Source of the DNA: the human T2T-CHM13v2.0 reference genome, Homo sapiens
Length of the DNA stretch: 64,000 nucleotides
Assembly: GCF_009914755.1 (NCBI RefSeq)
Contig: NC_060928.1
Strand: one strand, 5' to 3'
Part shown: positions 26,787 to 39,644 of the stretch, piece by piece
Layout of the letters: each line of letters opens with the position of its first letter
How positions within the stretch are numbered: the first letter of the stretch is position 1
Notes under the pieces: model-generated
Seen by the model: only the letters and a program-made list of their open reading frames with translations
Databases searched by the model: none
What the model was told of the DNA's origin: nothing
Position numbers and translations under genes: made by a program

Positions 26787-29700
26787 CATTCTCAGAAACT
26801 TCTTTGTGCTGCATGTCCTCAATTCACAGAGCTGAACCTTTGTTTGGATACAGCATTTTGGAGACATTCCTTTAGTAGAATCTGCAAGTTGATATTTAGA
26901 TAGCTTTGAAGATTTCGTTGGAAACGGGAATATCTTCATAGAAAATCTAGACGGAAGCATTCTCAGAAACTGCTTTGTGATGTTTGCATTCAAGTCACAG
27001 AGTTGAATATTCCCTTTTATAGAGTAGGTTTGAAACACTCTTTCGGCACTACCTGGAAGTGGATATTTCGAGCTCTTTGAGGCCTATGGTTAAAAGGAAA
27101 TATCTTCCCATAAAAACTAGACAGAAGCCGTCTCAGAAACTTGTTTGTGATGTGTGTATTCAACTAACAGAGTTGAACATTTCTGTTACAGAGCAATTTT
27201 AAAACACTCTTTTTGTGGAATCTGAAAGTGGATAATTGGATAGCTTTGTGGATTTCGTTGGAAACGGGATGACGTATAAAATCTAGAGAGAAGCATTCTC
27301 AGGAACTTCTTTCTGATGTTTGCATTCAAGTCACAGAATTGAACATTCCTTTTCATAGTGCAGGTTTGAAACACTCTTTCTGTAGTATCTGGAAGTGGAC
27401 ATTTCAAGCGCTTTCAGGCCTACGGGGAGAAAGGAAATATCTTCAAATAAAAACTAGACAGAAGCATTCTCAGAAACTTATTTGTGATGTGTGTCCTAAA
27501 TGAACACAGTTGAACCTTTGTTTTGATACAGCATTTTGGAAACACTCCTTTTGTAGGATCTGCAGGTGGATATTTGGATAGATTTTAAGATTTCGTTGGA
27601 AACGGGAATTTCTTCATAGAAACTCAAGACAGATGCATTCTCCGAAACTTCTCTGTGATGTTTGCATTCCACTCATAGAGTTGAAGACTTCCTTTCATAG
27701 AGCAGGTTTGAAACACTCTTTTTGTAATATTTGGAAGTGGACATTTGCAGCGCTTTGAGGCCTATGGTGAAAAAGGAAATATCTTCTCATAAAAACCAGA
27801 AACAAGCATTCTCAGAAACTTCTTTTTGATGTGTGTACTCAAGTAACAGAGTTGAACCTTCCTTTTGACACAGCAGTTTTCAAACAATCTTTTTGTAGAA
27901 TCTGCAAGTGGATATTTGGATAGCTTTGAGGATTTCGTTGGAAACGGGATATCTTCATATAAAATCTAGACAGAAGCATTCTCAGAAACTTCTTTGTGCT
28001 GTATGTCCTCAATTAACAGAGTTGAACCATTGCTTGGATACAGCATTTTGGAAACATTCCTTCAGTAGAATCTGCAAGTTGATATTTAGATAGATTTGAA
28101 GATTTCGTTGGAAACGGGAATATCTTCATAGAAAATCTAGACGGAAGCATTCTCAGAAACTGCTTTGTGATGTTTCGATTCAAGTCAGAGAGTTGAATAT
28201 TCTCTTTTATAGAGCACGTTTGAAACACTCTTTCTGCACTATGTGGAAGTGGACATTTCGAGCGCTTTGAGGCCTATGGTGAAAAAGGAAATATCTTCCC
28301 ATAAAAACTAGACAGAAGCATTCTCAGAAACTTGTTTGTGATGTGTGTATTCAACTAACAGAGTTGAACTTTTGTTTTTACAGAGCCGTTTTAAAACACT
28401 CTTTTTGTGGAATCAGAAAGTGGATATTCGGATGGCTCTGAGGATTTCGTTGGAAGCGGGATTACATATAAAATCTAGAGAGAAGCATTCTCAGGAACTT
28501 CTTTGTGATGTTTGCATTGAAGTCACAGAATTGAACATTCACTTTGATAGAGCAGGTTTGAAACACTCATTCTGTAGTATCTGGAAGTGGACATTTCAAG
28601 CGCTTTCAGGCCTATGGTGAGAAAGGAAATATCTTCGAATAAAAACTAGACAGAAGCATCCTCAGAAACTTATTTGTGATGTGTGTCCTCAACTAACAGA
28701 GTTGAAACTTTGTTTTGATACAGCATTTTGGAAACACTCTTTTTGTAGAATCTGCAGGTGGATATTTGGATAGCTTAGAGGGATTCGTTGGAAAGGGGAT
28801 ATCTTCATATAAAATCTAGACAGAAGCATTCTCAGAAACTTATTTGTGATGTGTGTCCTCAACTAACAGAGTTGAACCTTGGTTTTGATACAGCATTTTG
28901 GAAACACTCCTTTTGTAGAATCTGCAGGTGGATATGTGGATAGCTCTGAAGATTTCGTTGGAAACGGGAATTTCTTCATATAAAATCAAACAGAAGCATT
29001 CTCAGAAACTTCTCAGTGATGTTTGCATTCAGCTCATGGAGTTGAACACTTCCTTTCATAGAGCCGGTTTGAAACACTCTTTCTGCACTACCTGGAAGAG
29101 GACATTTCGAGCGCTTTGAGTCCTATGGTGAAAAAGGAAATATCTTCTCATAAAAACCAGAAAGAAGCATTCTCAGAAACTTCTTTGTGTTGTGTGTACT
29201 CATGTAACAGTGTTGAACCATCCTTTTGACAGAGCAGTTTTGAAACACTCTTTTTGTAGAATCTGCAAGTGGATATTTGGATAGCTTTGAGGATTTCGTT
29301 GGAAACGGGATGACATATAATATCTAGAGAGAAGCATTCTCAGGAACTTCTTTGTGATGTTTGCATTCAAGTCACAGAATTGAACATTCCCTTTCATAGA
29401 GCAGGTTTGAAACACTCTTTCTCTAGTATCTGGAAGTGGGCATTTCAAGCGCTTTCAGGCCTATGGAGAGAAAGGAAATACCTTCAAATAAAAACTAGAC
29501 AGAAGCATTCTCAGAAACTTATTTGTGATGTGTGTCCTCAACTAACAGAGTTGAACCTTTGTTTTGATACAGCATTTTGGAAACACTCCTTTTGTAGAAT
29601 CTGCAGGTGGATATTTGGATAACTTTGAAGATTTCGTTGGAAACCGGAATATCTTCATATAAAATCAAGACAGAAGCATTCTCGGAAACATCTCTGTGAT

Positions 29701-32700
29701 GTTTGCATTCAACTCAGTAGAGTTGAACACTTCCTTTCATAGAGCAGGTTTGAAACACTCTTTCTGCACTACCTGGAAGCGGACATTTCGAGCGCTTTGA
29801 GGCCTATGGTGAAAAAGGAAATATCTTCTCATAAAAACCAGAAAGAAGCATTCTCAGAAACTTCTTTGTGTTGTGTGTACTCAAGTAACAGTGTTGAACC
29901 TTCCTTTTGACAGAGCAGTTTTGAAACACTCTTTTGGTAGAATCTGCAAGTGGATATTTGGATAGCTTTGAGGATTTCGTTGGAAACGGGTTATCTTCAT
30001 ATAAAATCCAGACAGGAGCATTCTCAGAAACTTCTTTGTGCTGTATGTCCTCAATTCACAGAGCTGAATCTTTGTTTGGATACAGCATTTTGGAGACATT
30101 CCTTTAGTAGAATCTGCAAGTTGATATTTAGATAGCTTTGAAGATTTCGTTGGAAACGGGAATATCTTCATAGAAAATCTAGACGGAAGCATTCTCAGAA
30201 ACTGCTTTGTGATGTTTGCATTCAAGTCACAGAGTTGAATATTCCCTTTTATAGAGTAGGTTTGAAACACTCTTTCGGCACTACCTGGAAGTGGATATTT
30301 CGAGCTCTTTGAGGCCTATGGTTAAAAGGAAATATCTTCCCATAAAAACTAGACAGAAGCCATCTCAGAAACTTGTTTGTGATGTGTGTATTCAACTAAC
30401 AGAGTTGAACATTTCTGTTACAGAGCAATTTTAAAACACTCTTTTTGTGGAATCTGAAAGTGGATAATTGGATAGCTTTGTGGATTTCGTTGGAAACGGG
30501 ATGACGTATAAAATCTAGAGAGAAGCATTCTCAGGAACTTCTTTCTGATGTTTGCATTCAAGTCACAGAATTGAACATTCCTTTTCATAGTGCAGGTTTG
30601 AAACACTCTTTCTGTAGTATCTGGAAGTGGACATTTCAAGCGCTTTCAGGCCTACGGGGAGAAAGGAAATATCTTCAAATAAAAACTAGACAGAAGCATT
30701 CTCAGAAACTTATTTGTGATGTGTGTCCTAAATGAACACAGTTGAACCTTTGTTTTGATACAGCATTTTGGAAACACTCCTTTTGTAGGATCTGCAGGTG
30801 GATATTTGGATAGATTTTAAGATTTCGTTGGAAACGGGAATTTCTTCATAGAAACTCAAGACAGATGCATTCTCCGAAACTTCTCTGTGATGTTTGCATT
30901 CCACTCATAGAGTTGAAGACTTCCTTTCATAGAGCAGGTTTGAAACACTCTTTTTGTAATATTTGGAAGTGGACATTTGCAGCGCTTTGAGGCCTATGGT
31001 GAAAAAGGAAATATCTTCTCATAAAAACCAGAAACAAGCATTCTCAGAAACTTCTTTTTGATGTGTGTACTCAAGTAACAGAGTTGAACCTTCCTTTTGA
31101 CACAGCAGTTTTGAAACAATCTTTTTGTAGAATCTGCAAGTGGATATTTGGATAGCTTTGAGGATTTCGTTGGAAACGGGATATCTTCATATAAAATCTA
31201 GACAGAAGCATTCTCAGAAACTTCTTTGTGCTGTATGTCCTCAATTAACAGAGTTGAACCATTGCTTGGATACAGCATTTTGGAAACATTCCTTCAGTAG
31301 AATCTGCAAGTTGATATTTAGATAGATTTGAAGATTTCGTTGGAAACGGGAATATCTTCATAGAAAATCTAGACGGAAGCATTCTCAGAAACTGCTTTGT
31401 GATGTTTCCATTCAAGTCAGAGAGTTGAATATTCTCTTTTATAGAGCACGTTTGAAACACTCTTTCTGCACTATCTGGAAGTGGACATTTCGAGCGCTTT
31501 GAGGCCTATGGTGAAAAAGGAAATATCTTCCCATAAAAACTAGACAGAAGCATTCTCAGAAACTTGTTTGTGATGTGTGTATTCAACTAACAGAGTTGAA
31601 CTTTTGTTTTTACAGAGCCGTTTTAAAACACTCTTTTTGTTGAATCAGAAAGTGGATATTCGGATGGCTCTGAGGATTTCGTTGGAAGCGGGATTACATA
31701 TAAAATCTAGAGAGAAGCATTCTCAGGAACTTCTTTGTGATGTTTGCATTGAAGTCACAGAATTGAACATTCACTTTGATAGAGCAGGTTTGAAACACTC
31801 ATTCTGTAGTATCTGGAAGTGGACATTTCAAGCGCTTTCAGGCCTATGGTGAGAAAGGAAATATCTTCGAATAAAAACTAGACAGAAGCATCCTCAGAAA
31901 CTTATTTGTGATGTGTGTCCTCAACTAACAGAGTTGAAACTTTGTTTTGATACAGCATTTTGGAAACAGTCTTTTTGTAGAATCTGCAGGTGGATATTTG
32001 GATAGCTTAGAGGGATTCGTTGGGAAGGGGATATCTTCATATAAAATCTAGACAGAAGCATTCTCAGAAACTTATTTGTGATGTGTGTCCTCAACTAACA
32101 GAGTTGAACCTTGGTTTTCATACAGCATTTTGGAAACACTCCTTTTGTAGAATCTGCAGGTGGATATGTGGATAGCTCTGAAGATTTCGTTGGAAACGGG
32201 AATTTCTTCATATAAAATCAAACAGAAGCATTCTCAGAAACTTCTCAGTGATGTTTGCATTCAGTTCATGGAGTTGAACACTTCCTTTCATAGAGCCGGT
32301 TTGAAACACTCTTTCTGCACTACCTGGAAGAGGACATTTCGAGCGCTTTGAGTCCTATGGTGAAAAAGGAAATATCTTCTCATAAAAACCAGAAAGAAGC
32401 ATTCTCAGAAACTTCTTTGTGTTGTGTGTACTCATGTAACAGTGTTGAACCATCCGTTTGACAGAGCAGTTTTGAAACACTCTTTTTGTAGAATCTGCAA
32501 GTGGATATTTGGATAGCTTTGAGGATTTCGTTGGAAACGGGATGACATATAATATCTAGAGAGAAGCATTCTCAGGAACTTCTTTGTGATGTTTGCATTC
32601 AAGTCACAGAATTGAACATTCCCTTTCATAGAGCAGGTTTGAAACACTCTTTCTCTAGTATCTGGAAGTGGGCATTTCAAGCGCTTTCAGGCCTATGGAG

Positions 32701-35700
32701 AGAAAGGAAATACCTTCAAATAAAAACTAGACAGAAGAATTCTCAGAAACTTATTTGTGATGTGTGTCCTCAACTAACAGAGTTGAACCTTTGTTTTGAT
32801 ACAGCATTTTGGAAACACTCCTTTTGTAGAATCTGCAGGTGGATATTTGGATAGCTTTGAAGATTTCGTTGGAAACCGGAATATCTTCATATAAAATCAA
32901 GACAGAAGCATTCTCGGAAACATCTCTGTGATGTTTGCATTCAACTCAGTAGATTTGAACACTTCCTTTCATAGAGCAGGTTTGAAACACTCTTTCTGCA
33001 CTACCTGGAAGCGGACATTTCGAGCGCTTTGAGGCCTATGGTGAAAAAGGAAATATCTTCTCATAAAAACCAGAAAGAAGCATTCTCAGAAACTTCTTTG
33101 TGTTGTGTGTACTCAAGTAACAGTGTTGAACCTTCCTTTTGACACAGCAGTTTTGAAACACTCTTTTGGTAGAATCTGCAAGTGGATATTTGGATAGCTT
33201 TGAGGATTTCGTTGGAAACGGGTTATCTTCATATAAAATCAGACAGGAGCATTCTCAGAAACTTCTTTGTGCTGTATGTCCTCAATTCACAGAGCTGAAC
33301 CTTTGTTTGGATACAGCATTTTGGAAACATTCCTTTAGTAGAATCTGCAAGTTGATATTTAGATAGCTTTGAAGATTTCGTTGGAAACGGGAATATCTTC
33401 ATAGAAAATCTAGACGGAAGCATTCTCAGAAACTGCTTTGTGATGTTTGCATTCAAGTCACAGAGTTGAATATTCCCTTTTATAGAGTAGGTTTGAAACA
33501 CTCTTTCGGCACTACCTGGAAGTGGATATTTCGAGCTCTTTGAGGCCTATGGTTAAAAGGAAATATCTTCCCATAAAAACTAGACAGAAGCCGTCTCAGA
33601 AACTTGTTTGTGATGTGTGTATTCAACTAACAGAGTTGAACATTTCTGTTACAGAGCAATTTTAAAACACTCTTTTTGTGGAATCTGAAAGTGGATAATT
33701 GGATAGCTTTGTGGATTTCGTTGGAAACGGGATGACGTATAAAATCTAGAGAGAAACATTCTCAGGAACTTCTTTCTGATGTTTGCATTCAAGTCACAGA
33801 ATTGAACATTCCTTTTCATAGTGCAGGTTTGAAACACTCTTTCTGTAGTATCTGGAAGTGGACATTTCAAGCGCTTTCAGGCCTACGGGGAGAAAGGAAA
33901 TATCTTCAAATAAAAACTAGACAGAAGCATTCTCAGAAACTTATTTGTGATGTGTGTCCTAAACGAACACAGTTGAACCTTTGTTTTGATACAGCATTTT
34001 GGAAACACTCCTTTTGTAGGATCTGCAGGAGGATATTTGGATAGATTTTAAGATTTCGTTGGAAACGGGAATTTCTTCATAGAAACTCAAGACAGATGCA
34101 TTCTCTGAAACTTCTCTGTGATGTTTGCATTCCACTCATAGAGTTGAAAACTTCCTTTCATAGAGCAGGTTTGAAACACTCTTTTTGTAATATTTGGAAG
34201 TGGACATTTGCAGCGCTTTGAGGCCTATGGTGAAAAAGGAAATATCTTCTCATAAAAACCAGAAACAAGCATTCTCAGAAACTTCTTTTTGATGTGTGTA
34301 CTCAAGTAACAGAGTTGAACCTTCCTTTTGACACAGCAGTTTTGAAACAATCTTTTTGTAGAATCTGCAAGTGGATATTTGGATAGCTTTGAGGATTTCG
34401 TTGGAAACGGGATATCTTCATATAAAATCTAGACAGAAGCATTCTCAGAAACTTCTTTGTGCTGTATGTCCTCAATTAACAGAGTTGAACCATTGCTTGG
34501 ATACAGCATTTTGGAAACATTCCTTCAGTAGAATCTGCAAGTTGATATTTAGATAGATTTGAAGATTTCGTTGGAAACGGGAATATCTTCATAGAAAATC
34601 TAGACGGAAGCATTCTCAGAAACTGCTTTGTGATGTTTCGATTCAAGTCAGAGAGTTGAATATTCTCTTTTATAGAGCACGTTTGAAACACTCTTTCTGC
34701 ACTATGTGGAAGTGGACATTTCGAGCGCTTTGAGGCCTATGGTGAAAAAGGAAATATCTTCCCATAAAAACTAGACAGAAGCATTCTCAGAAACTTGTTT
34801 GTGATGTGTGTATTCAACTAACAGAGTTGAACTTTTGTTTTTACAGAGCCGTTTTAAAACACTCTTTTTGTGGAATCAGAAAGTGGATATTCGGATGGCT
34901 CTGAGGATTTCGTTGGAAGCGGGATTACATATAAAATCTAGAGAGAAGCATTCTCAGGAACTTCTTTGTGATGTTTGCATTGAAGTCACAGAATTGAACA
35001 TTCACTTTGATAGAGCAGGTTTGAAACACTCATTCTGTAGTATCTGGAAGTGGACATTTCAAGCGCTTTCAGGCCTATGGTGAGAAAGGAAATATCTTCG
35101 AATAAAAACTAGACAGAAGCATCCTCAGAAACTTATTTGTGATGTGTGTCCTCAACTAACAGAGTTGAAACTTTGTTTTGATACAGCATTTTGGAAACAC
35201 TCTTTTTGTAGAATCTGCAGGTGGATATTTGGATAGCTTAGAGGGATTCGTTGGAAAGGGGATATCTTCATATAAAATCTAGACAGAAGCATTCTCAGAA
35301 ACTTATTTGTGATGTGTGTCCTCAACTAACAGAGTTGAACCTTGGTTTTGATACAGCATTTTGGAAACACTCCTTTTGTAGAATCTGCAGGTGGATATGT
35401 GGATAGCTCTGAAGATTTCGTTGGAAACGGGAATTTCTTCATATAAAATCAAACAGAAGCATTCTCAGAAACTTCTCAGTGATGTTTGCATTCAGCTCAT
35501 GGAGTTGAACACTTCCTTTCATAGAGCCGGTTTGAAACACTCTTTCTGCACTACCTGGAAGAGGACATTTCGAGCGCTTTGAGTCCTATGGTGAAAAAGG
35601 AAATATCTTCTCATAAAAACCAGAAAGAAGCATTCTCAGAAACTTCTTTGTGTTGTGTGTACTCATGTAACAGTGTTGAACCATCCTTTTGACAGAGCAG

Positions 35701-38700
35701 TTTTGAAACACTCTTTTTGTAGAATCTGCAAGTGGATATTTGGATAGCTTTGAGGATTTCGTTGGAAACGGGATGACATATAATATCTAGAGAGAAGCAT
35801 TCTCAGGAACTTCTTTGTGATGTTTGCATTCAAGTCACAGAATTGAACATTCCCTTTCATAGAGCAGGTTTGAAACACTCTTTCTCTAGTATCTGGAAGT
35901 GGGCATTTCAAGCGCTTTCAGGCCTATGGAGAGAAAGGAAATACCTTCAAATAAAAACTAGACAGAAGCATTCTCAGAAACTTATTTGTGATGTGTGTCC
36001 TCAACTAACAGAGTTGAACCTTTGTTTTGATACAGCATTTTGGAAACACTCCTTTTGTAGAATCTGCAGGTGGATATTTGGATAACTTTGAAGATTTCGT
36101 TGGAAACCGGAATATCTTCATATAAAATCAAGACAGAAGCATTCTCGGAAACATCTCTGTGATGTTTGCATTCAACTCAGTAGAGTTGAACACTTCCTTT
36201 CATAGAGCAGGTTTGAAACACTCTTTCTGCACTACCTGGAAGCGGACATTTCGAGCGCTTTGAGGCCTATGGTGAAAAAGGAAATATCTTCTCATAAAAA
36301 CCAGAAAGAAGCATTCTCAGAAACTTCTTTGTGTTGTGTGTACTCAAGTAACAGTGTTGAACCTTCCTTTTGACACAGCAGTTTTGAAACACTCTTTTGG
36401 TAGAATCTGCAAGTGGATATTTGGATAGCTTTGAGGATTTCGTTGGAAACGGGTTATCTTCATATAAAATGCAGACAGGAGCATTCTCAGAAACTTCTTT
36501 GTGCTGTATGTCCTCAATTCACAGAGCTGAACCTTTGTTTGGATACAGCATTTTGGAGACATTCCTTTAGTAGAATCTGCAAGTTGATATTTAGATAGCT
36601 TTGAAGATTTCGTTGGAAACGGGAATATCTTCATAGAAAATCTAGACGGAAGCATTCTCAGAAACTGCTTTGTGATGTTTGCATTCAAGTCACAGAGTTG
36701 AATATTCCCTTTTATAGAGTAGGTTTGAAACACTCTTTCGGCACTACCTGGAAGTGGATATTTCGAGCTCTTTGAGGCCTATGGTTAAAAGGAAATATCT
36801 TCCCATAAAAAGTAGACAGAAGCCGTCTCAGAAACTTGTTTGTGATGTGTGTATTCAACTACCAGAGTTGAACATTTCTGTTACAGAGCAATTTTAAAAC
36901 ACTCTTTTTGTGGAATCTGAAAGTGGATAATTGGATAGCTTTGTGGATTTCGTTGGAAACGGGATGACGTATAAAATCTAGAGAGAAGCATTCTCAGGAA
37001 CTTCTTTCTGATGTTTGCATTCAAGTCACAGAATTGAACATTCCTTTTAATAGTGCAGGTTTGAAACACTCTTTCTGTAGTATCTGGAAGCGGACATTTC
37101 AAGCGCTTTCAGGCCTACGGGGAGAAAGGAAATATCTTCAAATAAAAACTAGACAGAAGGATTCTCAGAAACTTATTTGTGATGTGTGTCCTAAACGAAC
37201 ACAGTTGAACCTTTGTTTTGATACAGCATTTTGGAAACACTCCTTTTGTAGGATCTGCAGGTGGATATTTGGATAGATTTTAAGATTTCGTTGGAAACGG
37301 GAGTTTCTTCATATAAACTCAAGACAGATGCATTCTCAGAAACTTCTCTGTGATGTTTGCATTCCACTCATAGAGTTGAAAACTTCCTTTCATAGAGCAG
37401 GTTTGAAACACTCTTTTTGTAATATTTGGAAGTGGACATTTGCAGCGCTTTGAGGCCTATGGTGAAAAAGGAAATATCTTCTCATAAAAACCAGAAACAA
37501 GCATTCTCAGAAACTTCTTTTTGATGTGTGTACTCAAGTAACAGAGTTGAACCTTCCTTTTGACACAGCAGTTTTGAAACAATCTTTTTGTAGAATCTGC
37601 AAGTGGATATTTGGATAGCTTTGAGGATTTCGTTGGAAACGGGATATCTTCATATAAAATCTAGACAGAAGCATTCTCAGAAACTTCTTTGTGCTGTATG
37701 TCCTCAATTAACAGAGTTGAACCATTGCTTGGATACAGCATTTTGGAAACATTCCTTTAGTAGAATCTGCAAGTTGATATTTAGATAGATTTGAAGATTT
37801 CGTTGGAAAAGGGAATATCTCCATAGAAAATCTAGACGGAAGCATTCTCAGAAACTGCTTTGTGATGTTTCCATTCAAGTCACAGAGTTGAATATTCCCT
37901 TTTATAGAGCACGTTTGAAACACTCTTTCTGCACTATCTGGAAGTGGACATTTCGAGCGCTTTGAGGCCTATGGTGAAAAAGGAAATATCTTCCCATAAA
38001 AACTAGACAGAAGCATTCTCAGAAACTTGTTTGTGATGTGTGTATTCAACTAACAGAGTTGAACTTTTGTTTTTACAGAGCCGTTTTAAAACACTCTTTT
38101 TGTGGAATCAGAAAGTGGATATTCGGATGGCTCTGAGGATTTCGTTGGAAGCGGGATTACATATAAAATCTAGAGAGAAGCATTCTCAGGAACTTCTTTG
38201 TGATGTTTGCATTGAAGTCACAGAATTGAACATTCACTTTGATAGAGCAGGTTTGAAACACTCATTCTGTAGTATCTGGAAGTGGACATTTCAAGCGCTT
38301 TCAGGCCTATGGTGAGAAAGGAAATATCTTCGAATAAAAACTAGACAGAAACATCCTCAGAAACTTATTTGTGATGTGTGTCCTCAACTAACAGAGTTGA
38401 AACTTTGTTTTGATACAGCATTTTGGAAACACTCTTTTTGTAGAATCTGCAGGTGGATATTTGGATAGCTTAGAGGGATTCGTTGGAAAGGGGATATCTT
38501 CATATAAAATCTAGACAGAAGCATTCTCAGAAACTTATTTGTGATGTGTGTCCTCAACTAACAGAGTTGAACCTTGGTTTTGATACAGCATTTTGGAAAC
38601 ACTCCTTTTGTAGAATCTGCAGGTGGATATGTGGATAGCTCTGAAGATTTCGTTGGAAACGGGAATTTCTTCATATAAAATCAAACAGAAGCATTCTCAG

Positions 38701-39644
38701 AAACTTCTCAGTGATGTTTGCATTCAGCTCATGGAGTTGAACACTTCCTTTCATAGAGCCGGTTTGAAACACTCTTTCTGCACTACCTGGAAGAGGACAT
38801 TTCGAGCGCTTTGAGTCCTATGGTGAAAAAGGAAATATCTTCTCATAAAAACCAGAAAGAAGCATTCTCAGAAACTTCTTTGTGTTGTGTGTACTCATGT
38901 AACAGTGTTGAACCATCCTTTTGACAGAGCAGTTTTGAAACACTCTTTTTGTAGAATCTGCAAGTGGATATTTGGATAGCTTTGAGGATTTCGTTGGAAA
39001 CGGGATGACATATAATATCTAGAGAGAAGCATTCTCAGGAACTTCTTTGTGATGTTTGCATTCAAGTCACAGAATTGAACATTCCCTTTCATAGAGCAGG
39101 TTTGAAACACTCTTTCTCTAGTATCTGGAAGTGGGCATTTCAAGCGCTTTCAGGCCTATGGAGAGAAAGGAAATACCTTCAAATAAAAACTAGACAGAAG
39201 CATTCTCAGAAACTTATTTGTGATGTGTGTCCTCAACTAACAGAGTTGAACCTTTGTTTTGATACAGTATTTTGGAAACACTCCTTTTGTAGAATCTGCA
39301 GGTGGATATTTGGATAGCTTTGAAGATTTCGTTGGAAACCGGAATATCTTCATATAAAATCAAGACAGAAGCATTCTCGGAAACATCTCTGTGATGTTTG
39401 CATTCAACTCAGTAGAGTTGAACACTTCCTTTCATAGAGCCGGTTTGAAACACTCTTTCTGCACTACCTGGAAGCGGACATTTCGAGCGCTTTGAGGCCT
39501 ATGGTGAAAAAGGAAATATCTTCTCATAAAAACCAGAAAGAAGCATTCTCAGAAACTTCTTTGTGTTGTGTGTACTCAAGTAACAGTGTTGAACCTTCCT
39601 TTTGACAGAGCAGTTTTGAAACACTCTTTTGGTAGAATCTGCAA

